Shown here: positions 27,438 through 36,476 of the stretch, in pieces
Numbering within the stretch: position 1 is the first letter of the stretch
Layout: each line of letters opens with the position of its first letter
Notes under the pieces: model-generated
Databases searched by the model: none
Seen by the model: only the letters and a program-made list of their open reading frames with translations
Told to the model about the DNA's origin: nothing
Origin: a bacterium
Lineage (GTDB): Archaea > Nanobdellota > Nanobdellia > Pacearchaeales > GW2011-AR1
Length of the DNA: 54,619 nt
NCBI GenBank assembly: GCA_036833455.1
Contig: DAITPU010000001.1
Span: forward strand, 182,397 to 237,015
Reading direction: 5' to 3'
Made by a program: the position numbers and the translations under genes

Positions 27438-27939
27438 TTCTTACCCCCGTTATTATTTCAACCAAAAAATATTTTGAACCAGAAGATTTGGCTAAAAATT
27501 CATTAGTTGAACATTTAGCAAATTTCTTGAACCCATCATCTGAAAAACAATCTTGTTTTAAATTTAAATTTCCCTCTTCAATTTCAAAAACTAAGTTAGT
27601 TTTATTTAAATCTGAATAAAATTTTATTTGAATATAATATTCTTCATCATCCGATTGGCCTTTTATTGGAAAAAAAAGATTGCATCTTGAAAGAAAATTA
27701 TCTCTAAATTCTGGTTTAAAAACTTCATGTTCGCTTATAAGAAAGGGATTTATTTTACCCCCAAAATAAATGCAATCTGCAACTTTTCTTGAAAGAATTT
27801 GAGATTCAAATTCCCTAACATCATATGGGTTTTTATAAAAATTATTTACCATAAGAACGATTCCTACTGCAATAAGAGTAAGAATAAAAAACCAATAAAT
27901 AGAAATGATTTTATCCCCTGCTTTTTTATTTTTATACAT
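27415..27939 (-). CDS. Pilin-like protein, class III signal KKA|GDKII
   Basis: Basic leader, hydrophobic helix, paired Cys. Confidence 0.8.
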   Translation of the reverse strand: MYKNKKAGDKIISIYWFFILTLIAVGIVLMVNNFYKNPYDVREFESQILSRKVADCIYFGGKINPFLISEHEVFKPEFRDNFLSRCNLFFPIKGQSDDEEYYIQIKFYSDLNKTNLVFEIEEGNLNLKQDCFSDDGFKKFAKCSTNEFLAKSSGSKYFLVEIITGVRNAKENLK

Positions 27940-27940
27940 T

Positions 27941-28342
27941 TTAAAATCGAGATATGGTTAGGACATAAATCCCGTTATATCCTCCTTTTTCTGGATCTGT
28001 TTCAGGATATGCGTTAATTTTAACTTTATTAAAAAAAGGATATTCATATCCTCCCTTTTCTGAAATCTTAACAAAAACATAATTATTTTCAAAATTTAAA
28101 ATTTTAGAAAAATCTAAATTATTTTTTTCGGAAATCTTCATTGCTTTTTCCATATCTAAACGAATCACCATTCCAGGACTTGCCGAATCTACAATAAGAG
28201 CTATTTGTTTAGAAGTTGTTTCTTCCAATAAAGCGTATCCACTTCCTTGTTTCATCAAAAAAATAATTAAAATTGTTAAAAACGCTATATTCAAAATTAA
28301 AAAAATTAAATTCTCCATCAGAATCTCCCCTTTCTTTCTCAT
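27941..28342 (-). CDS. Pilin-like protein, class III signal KKG|EILME
   Basis: Basic leader, helix, KQIALIVDSA.PG motif. Confidence 0.82.
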   Translation of the reverse strand: MRKKGEILMENLIFLILNIAFLTILIIFLMKQGSGYALLEETTSKQIALIVDSASPGMVIRLDMEKAMKISEKNNLDFSKILNFENNYVFVKISEKGGYEYPFFNKVKINAYPETDPEKGGYNGIYVLTISRF

Positions 28343-28380
28343 AGTAAATCTAATTTTTTTAAATTAATAAAACTTTAGAA

Positions 28381-29274
28381 TTAAGATTTTGTTTCAACAT
28401 CTACGCAATTAAGCGCTTTGAATTCTTCTGAATTAGCCTCTACTAAAAAAGGAGGAAGAAAATCGTTTTCAGATTTACCTTCAATTAAGGGAATCAAAAG
28501 AGAAGATCCGTACCCTGCAGCTCCTCCAGCTACAACTGCAATTTTAACTGCAGCCCAACCAACTGCAAGACCTACTCCCCCTGTTAAAACTCCCACCACG
28601 ACTCCTGTTGCGGTAACAAGAGAACCTCCAACTACCCATCCTAAAGTACTCACTTCACTATGGGATCCCATCATGATAAAATAAATTTCTTCTAAATCAA
28701 TCTCTTTATTTTCTTGCTTAGAAAAATCTTCAAAATCAAAATCTTCAAATAGATATTCCGCATAAGTATAATCTTTATCGGAAATTTTTGTTTTGGCCAT
28801 GTATTGATAAAATTCGTTTCTATCAATTTTTCCTTCCGGAAAAATTTCTTTCTTCAAGGAATTATCAAAACCAATTTGATAACAAATAGAACAATGAAGT
28901 CTTGGTTTATATTCCTTAGATAAATAGTTTAATTTTCCTTCGCCAAACATCCACCAACAAGTTGCAGAATATTCTGAAAGCGCACGATAAACATCTTCTT
29001 TGGATTTGACTTTTTCTTTAGTTGGAGAGGTCATCTTTTCACAAGTATTATCTGCTGTTAAACAAACATACTCTCTCTTACAATCAAGAGGTATATCTAC
29101 AGGAGAATTTGCTCTCATTACAACAGAATTATAACAAATATTCTCTTGATTTTTTGAGCCAAAATTTACCCTTAAAAGAAAAAACAAAATAACTGCAAAA
29201 CTGAAAATAACAAGAATCAAAATAATTATTTGTTCATTAGTCATTTCTCCTCTATTATTTTTAAAAATATTCAT
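28381..29274 (-). CDS. Large pilin-like protein, class III signal NRG|EMTNE, with internal Gly/Ala/Val-rich hydrophobic hairpin
   Basis: Leader and helix; Cys-rich domain (CWWMFGEG, CSIC); about 45-aa GVVVGVLTGGVGLAVG..AGGAAG stretch. Confidence 0.85.
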   Translation of the reverse strand: MNIFKNNRGEMTNEQIIILILVIFSFAVILFFLLRVNFGSKNQENICYNSVVMRANSPVDIPLDCKREYVCLTADNTCEKMTSPTKEKVKSKEDVYRALSEYSATCWWMFGEGKLNYLSKEYKPRLHCSICYQIGFDNSLKKEIFPEGKIDRNEFYQYMAKTKISDKDYTYAEYLFEDFDFEDFSKQENKEIDLEEIYFIMMGSHSEVSTLGWVVGGSLVTATGVVVGVLTGGVGLAVGWAAVKIAVVAGGAAGYGSSLLIPLIEGKSENDFLPPFLVEANSEEFKALNCVDVETKS

Positions 29275-29366
29275 ATTGCCCCCAAATTATTTAATAAACT
29301 ATAAACTGCGTATAATGCAATTAAAAATAAAACAACATATATAATCTTTTTTATCAATTCTTCCAT
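29271..29366 (-). CDS. 31-aa pilin-like micro-protein without class III leader; not in the ORF track
   Basis: MEELIKKIIYVVLFLIALYAVYSLLNNLGAI; starts 2 nt after the upstream stop and its TGA overlaps the next ATG (ATGA). Confidence 0.7.
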   Translation of the reverse strand: MEELIKKIIYVVLFLIALYAVYSLLNNLGAI

Positions 29367-29368
29367 CT

Positions 29369-29866
29369 TTAAATTTCTGAAATGCTAATCCATTTCCCCT
29401 CCGTCTCTTCAATTAAAATATTTGTTAGCCCTTTTTTTGATTTTTTAAAAAGAATATCTTCAAACTCTTTTATTTTTCCTAAACCAGAACAAGTCCCTTT
29501 GCTATCGCAAGATTTAAGTTGTCTATCTGGATACAAACCTCCGTAAGTGCTAACCCCTTTACAAATGCAAACACAATCTTCTCCCAGACAAGAATTTGGT
29601 TGTTTTTCTTGGGAAGAGAAATACATTAAATACCAGTCAGAAGGATTTAAGGCTAAAACTTGTTCTGAAGAAGACTCAGAATCTCCCCTTAACCTATTTA
29701 CAACCTCGCTTATTTTTTCAAGAGAGGCTTTTGCTTTATCTCTATCCTCTTTATCTGTAACAGAAAAATAAATTGCAACCAAAAGATAAATTAAAAAACC
29801 TATAACGATAGCTGCAAGAATTATTTTCAGAGTTTCTTCGGGAAGCATGGATGATCCTCTTTTCAT
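29369..29866 (-). CDS. Pilin-like protein, class III signal KRG|SSMLPEE
   Basis: Basic leader, helix, Cys-rich C.G..CVCIC...C...G.C. Confidence 0.82.
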   Translation of the reverse strand: MKRGSSMLPEETLKIILAAIVIGFLIYLLVAIYFSVTDKEDRDKAKASLEKISEVVNRLRGDSESSSEQVLALNPSDWYLMYFSSQEKQPNSCLGEDCVCICKGVSTYGGLYPDRQLKSCDSKGTCSGLGKIKEFEDILFKKSKKGLTNILIEETEGKWISISEI

Positions 29867-30027
29867 ATTAAACTCCTAATCAGATTCAAAGGTTCTCCGG
29901 GGGAAGTTCCTCCAAAGAAAATAAAAATTTTATCCTTAAAAATAAAATAAATTCCTATAATTACAGCTACAACTACAAGAAGCCCCAAAATTATTTTTAT
30001 AAGATTAGAAGTTATCAGTTCTGACAT
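29863..30027 (-). CDS. 54-aa pilin-like micro-protein without basic leader; not in the ORF track
   Basis: MSELITSNLIKIILGLLVVVAVIIGIYFIFKDKIFIFFGGTSPGEPLNLIRSLI; TAATG overlap upstream, ATGA overlap downstream, AGGTGGAG Shine-Dalgarno-like sequence. Confidence 0.8.
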   Translation of the reverse strand: MSELITSNLIKIILGLLVVVAVIIGIYFIFKDKIFIFFGGTSPGEPLNLIRSLI

Positions 30028-30191
30028 TAACTCCACCTAAAGAGCCCTTTAATTTTTTCAATTAAAGAAAACCCCTTATCTTTTAAAATTATAAAAAATA
30101 AAACGATAATAACTAGAACTGCCAAAGAAATTAAAATCCAAGGAAGATATTCACTAACAATCCCTTTTTTATCTTTAAAACCTCTCTCCAT
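30027..30191 (-). CDS. 54-aa pilin, class III signal KKG|IVSEY; candidate major pilin; not in the ORF track
   Basis: MERGFKDKKGIVSEYLPWILISLAVLVIIVLFFIILKDKGFSLIEKIKGLFRWS; first gene after its own TATA box. Confidence 0.85.
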   Translation of the reverse strand: MERGFKDKKGIVSEYLPWILISLAVLVIIVLFFIILKDKGFSLIEKIKGLFRWS

Positions 30192-30211
30192 AAATGAACT
30201 AAATAAAACGA

Positions 30212-30221
30212 TTTAATAAAA
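30212..30221 (-). promoter_or_regulatory. TATA box (TTTTATTAAA) for the pilin array
   Basis: About 29-30 nt upstream of the ATG at 30191, with an AAAAAC flank. Confidence 0.55.
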
Positions 30222-30230
30222 GTTTTTATT

Positions 30231-32378
30231 TTACATTCCAGACAAAACAACGCTGCTTAAAATAGAAAGGACCAAAGTTGCAATTAAAGCCACAACAAAA
30301 TAAAGTCCAATCCCTGATTTTAAATTTAATCCAGTTTTATTTACTCTTTCTAAAGGATCATTTCCTGAATCTATTGAAACCAAAGTTGAAGTTAATATAA
30401 AAATCATCTGAATTAAATAAATTCCGACGGAAATTTGTAAAAAATAAGGAGGAATCATAGCTTGATAATCAAAAATAGTTAAAATAGAATCTAAATTACC
30501 TAATCCTGATTCTTCCAGACCTTCTAATCCTCCAACATCTAATTTACCTAAAATATTTGTTATCATTGCTGCAAGTCCAACAACCACTCCAGATAATAAA
30601 GGAGCTAAAAAGGTCATATTGCTTTTCATATCTGAAACAACTTCAGCAAGCATATCTCTTAATCTTATACTTATTTTATCTATATTTTTAACATATTCCG
30701 ATATACTCATTAAAGAAATTGCGGCTATCTTTAATCCTTTTTTACTAGATTCTATCAAAACCCTCATTGAAGTAGCAATTAATTGAGAAGGATAAAATCT
30801 TATTGAACCCCTATTTTTATCAAAAATTGCTTTTTCAACGCTCATCCCCATTTGTTGAATGTTATAATTAACTCTTTTAAAAAAATCTCCTGTTCTAAGA
30901 CCTTTATTAGATTCCGCTACTTTTCCAAAAACTAATTCAGGAGGAACCCCATTTCCCAACCTATTTCCTAATTGAAACAATGAATTGTTAAATTCTAATT
31001 CAAGTTCTTTTGTTTTTTCTCTTTCCAGTATCAGTTCTTTTGTTCTTTCTTTATATGAAATTGAAAAAAACAAGGCCACCGAAAGAGGAAATAACATTCC
31101 CAAAAATAAAGCTCCAACTCCAAAAGGCCCCTTCACTCCTGTTGAACTATCTACAAAACCAAAAAAACTTCCTCCCATAAAAGAAAGACCTATACTTTCA
31201 AAACTAAAATCTCTTTCAATTCCTACAAGTTCCGGAAAACCAGTATATCCAAAAATAAGAGGAAGTAAACTTAATATTAAAAGAGGAAAAACAAAAATAA
31301 ACGCTTTTGTATAAACTTTTTTATTTATAAACCGAGGATAAAGAGGATTTCTCTCTAAAAAAGAAGACTCCCCATGACCTCCTGGACGAAGCATTAAAAC
31401 CTTATCAGTTAAATAAAAAACCATAAAAGGAATAATCATATTAAACAAAACAAAAACATGAACATAACTAAACATCCCCCCAATCATTGCAGAAGCAAGA
31501 GGAATTAATGCCAAACCTAAAGTAGGTAAAACAACTCCCAACATATAAACATTAGTTAAAGGACTTCTAACTCCATGACTAAATTTAAGCATCTTTTCAT
31601 AAACTCCATCAAGAACAACTTGAAGGGATTTTTCTAGAGTGGAAATTCTTCTTGATTCTTCTGGCTCAAATAAACTACTCTCTATCAAATGAAAAGATTC
31701 TATAAACTCATTTGCATACCCTCTCCACTTCTCAAGATAATTGTCTAAACTTTCTTTTATAGTAGAATAGCGCCCAACTTCCACATTATAAAAAACTTTT
31801 TTAAAATCTAAGGAAAGAGGATATTCTAAATGCTGTGCAGCAAAAGCAATCGCTTTTTCTAAATTAGGAGTGTGTCTCATATAAACAACTATATAAAGAA
31901 TTGCAGGAACCATTTGACTTGAAGCTTTTAATCTCCATTTATTAGCGATTCTGGCAGGATACCCTTGCATAAAGTAAAACAAAAAAATTGAAACCACCAA
32001 CATCAAAACAAAAAATAAAGTTGGAAAATTTTCTCCAACTAAGAAAAAAGAAATTGAAAGTAAAAGCCCAATAAAAAAAACGCTCAAAAAACACATAACA
32101 CTTAATGTGATGGCTTGCCAAGGTTCTATAGAAAGGTGTGCAAAATCCAGATGTTTTTTTATTTCCTCTTCGTCTTTTTTAGAAGGTCTCAACTTAAATG
32201 TTTTTCCAAGAGTATGTGCCCAACGTTCATAGGTTGAATATTCTACAGAAATCTCTCCTTTAAATTTTTCATAAGATTGGCTATATTGTTTATCCTCTTT
32301 TGAAGATTCTATTTGGCTTTCTATTTTTGCTCCATATTTCTTAAGAATCTCATCTACACTTGGTTTTTTTTGGGGCAT
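30231..32378 (-). CDS. Type IV pilus/archaellum platform protein (TadC/ArlJ, T2SS-F-like, two domains)
   Basis: Two cytoplasmic-plus-TM halves (VPAILYIVVYMRHTPNLE; GNRLGNGVPPE). ATG at 32378 preferred over TTG at 32402. Confidence 0.88.
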   Translation of the reverse strand: MPQKKPSVDEILKKYGAKIESQIESSKEDKQYSQSYEKFKGEISVEYSTYERWAHTLGKTFKLRPSKKDEEEIKKHLDFAHLSIEPWQAITLSVMCFLSVFFIGLLLSISFFLVGENFPTLFFVLMLVVSIFLFYFMQGYPARIANKWRLKASSQMVPAILYIVVYMRHTPNLEKAIAFAAQHLEYPLSLDFKKVFYNVEVGRYSTIKESLDNYLEKWRGYANEFIESFHLIESSLFEPEESRRISTLEKSLQVVLDGVYEKMLKFSHGVRSPLTNVYMLGVVLPTLGLALIPLASAMIGGMFSYVHVFVLFNMIIPFMVFYLTDKVLMLRPGGHGESSFLERNPLYPRFINKKVYTKAFIFVFPLLILSLLPLIFGYTGFPELVGIERDFSFESIGLSFMGGSFFGFVDSSTGVKGPFGVGALFLGMLFPLSVALFFSISYKERTKELILEREKTKELELEFNNSLFQLGNRLGNGVPPELVFGKVAESNKGLRTGDFFKRVNYNIQQMGMSVEKAIFDKNRGSIRFYPSQLIATSMRVLIESSKKGLKIAAISLMSISEYVKNIDKISIRLRDMLAEVVSDMKSNMTFLAPLLSGVVVGLAAMITNILGKLDVGGLEGLEESGLGNLDSILTIFDYQAMIPPYFLQISVGIYLIQMIFILTSTLVSIDSGNDPLERVNKTGLNLKSGIGLYFVVALIATLVLSILSSVVLSGM

Positions 32379-32433
32379 TTTATCACTTCTTTTATATAAC
32401 AATTAAAAAAAAATAATTAATAAATGTTTAGAA

Positions 32434-34722
32434 TTAGATCCTTCTTAATCTTAATTCTTCATTTAACCATTTTTGCCATTCTGGAAAAACTCTTTCTTTC
32501 AAAGGCAACCCTATTTCTTTAATAACTGAATCTGAAATTTCATGGAATTTGTGAGTTGAAAGTGCGTTAAATTCTGCTTCGAGCAAATCTTTCATTCCGC
32601 TAGCTCTTGCGACTTCTACTAATCTTTCCTTAATTTTTGAACGAAGTAAAATATTATCATAAACCGCTTCCCAATTTCCTGCCCATCCTTTAACTTTAGA
32701 AGCAATATCCTTAATTGTTTCGGAATCTCCATTTATTAAAGCATCACTAACTTCCAACTCATCTTTTTCAACATTATATAACATTAAATCTTTGAACCCC
32801 CCTTCTAGCAAAGGATCCGATGTCCAATGTTTTCTAACTTCCGTTATTTGCAAAAGTCTTCTCCAAGAATTAAGACCATCAGCTGATTTAATTGGGTTTG
32901 CTATTGCAATTATATCTGTTGCTTTAAAAGACGTTGCTGGAACTCCTATATCATTTACAACTCGATCAAAAACCCCATAAGGGCTTGCACCGTGAATTGT
33001 TCCTGCTACAACATTTGCGAGAGCCCCAACTCTCATAGCTTCATAAAGAGCTTTAGCCTCAGTACTTCTAACTTCTCCAACTATCAAAGAACTATCTCCT
33101 AACCTTAAACTTGTCCTTATTCCTTCCTCCGCACTAACTTCCGAAGTCGTTTTTAATAAAGCTGAACGAACCTTCATTCTTAATATATTAAAGTTAAGTC
33201 TTCTCAAAGCTTCAACTGGAAGTTCTAAAGAATCCTCTATTGTAATTATCCTAGATTTAGGATTTATCTCCAACATTAAACTTCCCAAAAGAGAAGTTTT
33301 CCCTGAAGAACGTGTTCCGGCTATTAACAATGTTCTTGCCCCGTCAATTAAAAAACTAAATAATCCTGCTGCCATGGGGTTTATCATTCTATTGTCTATA
33401 AATAAAGGTAAAGTCCAGGGAGATTCTCTATGCCTTCTTATTGAATAAGCTAATCCATCTGGACTCAAAGGCCCTTGAACAATAGCAATTCTTGCTCTTA
33501 ATTGTCCTATTTCTAATTGTGTATCTAAAATCGGATTGGATTCGTCTAAAGGACGCCCTGAAATCATCCTAAATTTTGCGGCCCAAGAATCTGCATCTTC
33601 TTTACTAGGAAGTATATTTGTCAAACACTCATCATAATCTTGATGCCTAATATAAATAGGAACTTGAGAAATGGGTGCATTCAAAGAAATGTCTTGAATA
33701 AATTTATCCTGAAGTAAAACTTCAACTAATCCAAATCCAATAGTATGTCTAACCAAAATTGTCGCAAGTTTATTTAAATTTCCAAAATCAATTTTAAAAT
33801 TTTTCGTCGTAGCTAAATCTCTAATCAAATCTTTGGATATATTAAAAAAAACTTGTCTTGTTCTCTCTGTATCTGTAAACTCCTCTGCCTTGGGCTGATG
33901 CTCGATTAAGACACTTCTTGCTAAATTAAGTAAATTATTTTCCTCTTCACTTAAATTACTTTCAGGAGGATTTAAATGATAAAATAATTTGGATTCATTT
34001 TTACTTTTCAAGATATAGACTACACTCTTATCATATTCATTTAAAAAAATTTCATATTGGTCAACTATTTCGGAGAAAGAAGGAAAATCACTAACCAAAC
34101 GTGTAAAAGTAAAGTTAGGAATTGTGTCTGCCTTAAATAAATGAGAGTAAATCCCCCTATCTCCTTTCTTGTAATTATCTAAAAAGGATTTTGATTCAGA
34201 AATAATTTTTGTTTTATTTAAAAGAGAATACATTTTTTCCAATAAAAAAAGATAATTTTTTTCGTCTAAAAGAGAAGACCCCTCTAATTTTTCTAACAAT
34301 ATTTTAGAAGTAATTATTATTTTTTTTATTTCAAAATATGCTTGTAAAGGATCTCTCTTTAATTGGTATAAAAAATTAAACAATTCGTTATATCTTTTTG
34401 AAAAATTTACTTCAGAAATTTTTGCTAATTTTTCCGGAGAAAGAATTTTTTCTTGCTTTAATAAATAAACATATAAAGAAGCTATTTCTAAAAGAAGACT
34501 AGTTTCATTAAAATCGTAATTATAACTTTTATCTTGAACAAAAACTATTCTTGAAACTTGAGAATTTTCAATTAAAGCATCAATCGTTCTTTCCATTACT
34601 TCTGGGGATTCGGCCAAATTGGGAAAAAACGGAGCTCCAGAGTAATTAAAATAAATAACATCTTCTCCTCCCTCTCTTTGTACAAGATAAGAATATAACT
34701 TAGCTCCTTTTTCAAACTGCAT
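32434..34722 (-). CDS. Type II/IV secretion ATPase (VirB11/TadA/ArlI-like)
   Basis: Walker A GTRSSGKT, ITIEDSLEL, LRLG...IVGEVR, GTIHG. Confidence 0.93.
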   Translation of the reverse strand: MQFEKGAKLYSYLVQREGGEDVIYFNYSGAPFFPNLAESPEVMERTIDALIENSQVSRIVFVQDKSYNYDFNETSLLLEIASLYVYLLKQEKILSPEKLAKISEVNFSKRYNELFNFLYQLKRDPLQAYFEIKKIIITSKILLEKLEGSSLLDEKNYLFLLEKMYSLLNKTKIISESKSFLDNYKKGDRGIYSHLFKADTIPNFTFTRLVSDFPSFSEIVDQYEIFLNEYDKSVVYILKSKNESKLFYHLNPPESNLSEEENNLLNLARSVLIEHQPKAEEFTDTERTRQVFFNISKDLIRDLATTKNFKIDFGNLNKLATILVRHTIGFGLVEVLLQDKFIQDISLNAPISQVPIYIRHQDYDECLTNILPSKEDADSWAAKFRMISGRPLDESNPILDTQLEIGQLRARIAIVQGPLSPDGLAYSIRRHRESPWTLPLFIDNRMINPMAAGLFSFLIDGARTLLIAGTRSSGKTSLLGSLMLEINPKSRIITIEDSLELPVEALRRLNFNILRMKVRSALLKTTSEVSAEEGIRTSLRLGDSSLIVGEVRSTEAKALYEAMRVGALANVVAGTIHGASPYGVFDRVVNDIGVPATSFKATDIIAIANPIKSADGLNSWRRLLQITEVRKHWTSDPLLEGGFKDLMLYNVEKDELEVSDALINGDSETIKDIASKVKGWAGNWEAVYDNILLRSKIKERLVEVARASGMKDLLEAEFNALSTHKFHEISDSVIKEIGLPLKERVFPEWQKWLNEELRLRRI

Positions 34723-34808
34723 TTTAATCCAAAAAAAAGAATGAAATCCAGTTTATATTAATTATCATCTCACAAAACAAATTTAAACTGCATTTTCTTT
34801 TTAAAAAT

Positions 34809-35153
34809 ATGAAATCTAAAGAAATAGAAATGAATATCCCCCAAAATCCTCTTCCTTCAATAAAAAATTTAGAAGAGAAACAAAAAATTCTAAAGGATAG
34901 ACTTCTTTTAATAGGAGAGAATTTAATTCATTTTAGAGAGAAAACCGAAGAAGAAATGATTTTTTTAAAGAAAGAGTTAGAGAAATTAAAAGACGGGTTT
35001 GAAAAAATAAAAAATTTTATGGAAAATCTTTCTGGAGAAATTTCAGAATTTGCAAGAAAAGAAGATTTAGAAATACTAAAAAAACAAGCAAAAATGTTTC
35101 AACCCTTAGAATTTGTAAAAAAATCAGACTTAGAAAAATTAAAAAAGAAGTAA
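34809..35153 (+). CDS. Coiled-coil protein
   Basis: Heptad-like E/K/L pattern, C-terminal FQPLEF; TTTAAAC box 27 nt upstream. Confidence 0.75.
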   Translation: MKSKEIEMNIPQNPLPSIKNLEEKQKILKDRLLLIGENLIHFREKTEEEMIFLKKELEKLKDGFEKIKNFMENLSGEISEFARKEDLEILKKQAKMFQPLEFVKKSDLEKLKKK

Positions 35154-35167
35154 AATAATCCTAAATT

Positions 35168-35827
35168 ATGGGTGCCCTTGAAAAATTAGTTCAATACAAA
35201 AAAGAGGGAAAAACAGAGAATGAAACAATTTCTTTATTAAAGGAAGAAGGTTTCAATCCTGGAGCAATAATGGAGGCATTAACTCAAATAAGAATAAAAG
35301 AGGCAGTAGGAAAAGAAAATATGGATAATAAAGAAGAAATGCAACCTTCGATAATGGAATCTTCTCCGGAAGAGTACCAAAACCAAGGCTATCAAGAAGA
35401 GAATAGAAATCAGCAAAAAGGTTACTTTCCTCCCGAAAATTCTGCAGAATATTACTCTCCTCAACAACCGTTTCAAGGACAGAACTATTCTGAAGACCAA
35501 TATTACGAAGAAGCGTATTCCCCTCAACAAACAAATTTCCAAGATACAGACACTTTAATAGAAATTGCTGAGCAAGTTTTTTCAGAAAAAATAAAAGACA
35601 TTTCAAATAAAATTAAAGAATTTAAAGAATTTAAAACGATTTATCAGGAAAAAATAGAAGATATAAATGAAAGATTAAAAAGAATGGAAAAAATGTTTGA
35701 TAAAATGCAAATTTCTATTTTAGACAAAGTTGGTTCTTTTGGAAAAGAAATAACTGGTTTAAGAAAAGAAGTAGAAATGGTTGAAGATAGTTTTTCTAAG
35801 ATGCATTCTTCTTCCAAGAAAAAATAA
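35168..35827 (+). CDS. Protein with helical N-domain, Q/E/Y/P-rich linker and C-terminal coiled coil
   Basis: Low-complexity EYQNQGYQEE...QYYEEAYSPQQ linker followed by LIEIAEQVFSEK.. heptads. Confidence 0.75.
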   Translation: MGALEKLVQYKKEGKTENETISLLKEEGFNPGAIMEALTQIRIKEAVGKENMDNKEEMQPSIMESSPEEYQNQGYQEENRNQQKGYFPPENSAEYYSPQQPFQGQNYSEDQYYEEAYSPQQTNFQDTDTLIEIAEQVFSEKIKDISNKIKEFKEFKTIYQEKIEDINERLKRMEKMFDKMQISILDKVGSFGKEITGLRKEVEMVEDSFSKMHSSSKKK

Positions 35828-35828
35828 A

Positions 35829-36431
35829 TTATATTCTCCTCTTTGCCATATGGCCTAGAAGACTATCTTTATCTTTACTGCCTCCAAAAGCAATGGCTAA
35901 AATTGCTCCAATTAAAAGAGCAAAAACCAAAATTGAACCTAGATTTCTTTCGAGAAAATATCCTATTTGCCATCCCGAACCAAAAACAGCCCAACCAAAA
36001 GACCCAGCAAGACTTTGGTACACTATTGCAATTATTCCTAAAACAATAAAAAAACCAAAAATTTTAATTGCTGCGGTTGGAGAACCATCCTCGTTTTTAA
36101 ACTTAAAAAATAATCCCATTAAAACTAAACCTGCTAAAATTATAGATAACATAACGCCCATTCTAGGAAATAACTCCGCAAAAAAATAAGAAACAAAACC
36201 AAATTGCAAAGCCATAAATCCTACTGAAATAGAAAGAATAACATTTATTCCTTTACTGTTTTGCCCAAAAAGATTTATGTTATTTAAAATTCCGTACGTC
36301 AAAGCAAAAATCATTAAAAAAGGTAAAACAAAACTAAAAAAACCTGTTTGTTCCAATTGGAAAAAAAGATTCCCCATTGCTCCTCCTTGATTAGTAGGAA
36401 GATAAACAAAATTTATCACACTCTCAAACAT
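35829..36431 (-). CDS. Multi-pass membrane protein, paralogue A
   Basis: PFLMIFALTYGIL...N.ILSISVG; TTTATATAAA box about 31 nt upstream. Confidence 0.8.
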   Translation of the reverse strand: MFESVINFVYLPTNQGGAMGNLFFQLEQTGFFSFVLPFLMIFALTYGILNNINLFGQNSKGINVILSISVGFMALQFGFVSYFFAELFPRMGVMLSIILAGLVLMGLFFKFKNEDGSPTAAIKIFGFFIVLGIIAIVYQSLAGSFGWAVFGSGWQIGYFLERNLGSILVFALLIGAILAIAFGGSKDKDSLLGHMAKRRI

Positions 36432-36476
36432 GTTAAATTAAAATAAAAGAGCTTTATATAAATTTCTGTTTAAGAA

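Noticed and set aside
25227-34722. Interpretation of the locus as an archaellum (motility) operon
   Set aside because: No archaellin-like ArlB sequences, no ArlH RecA-fold ATPase, and no ArlF/G or chemotaxis genes recognised.
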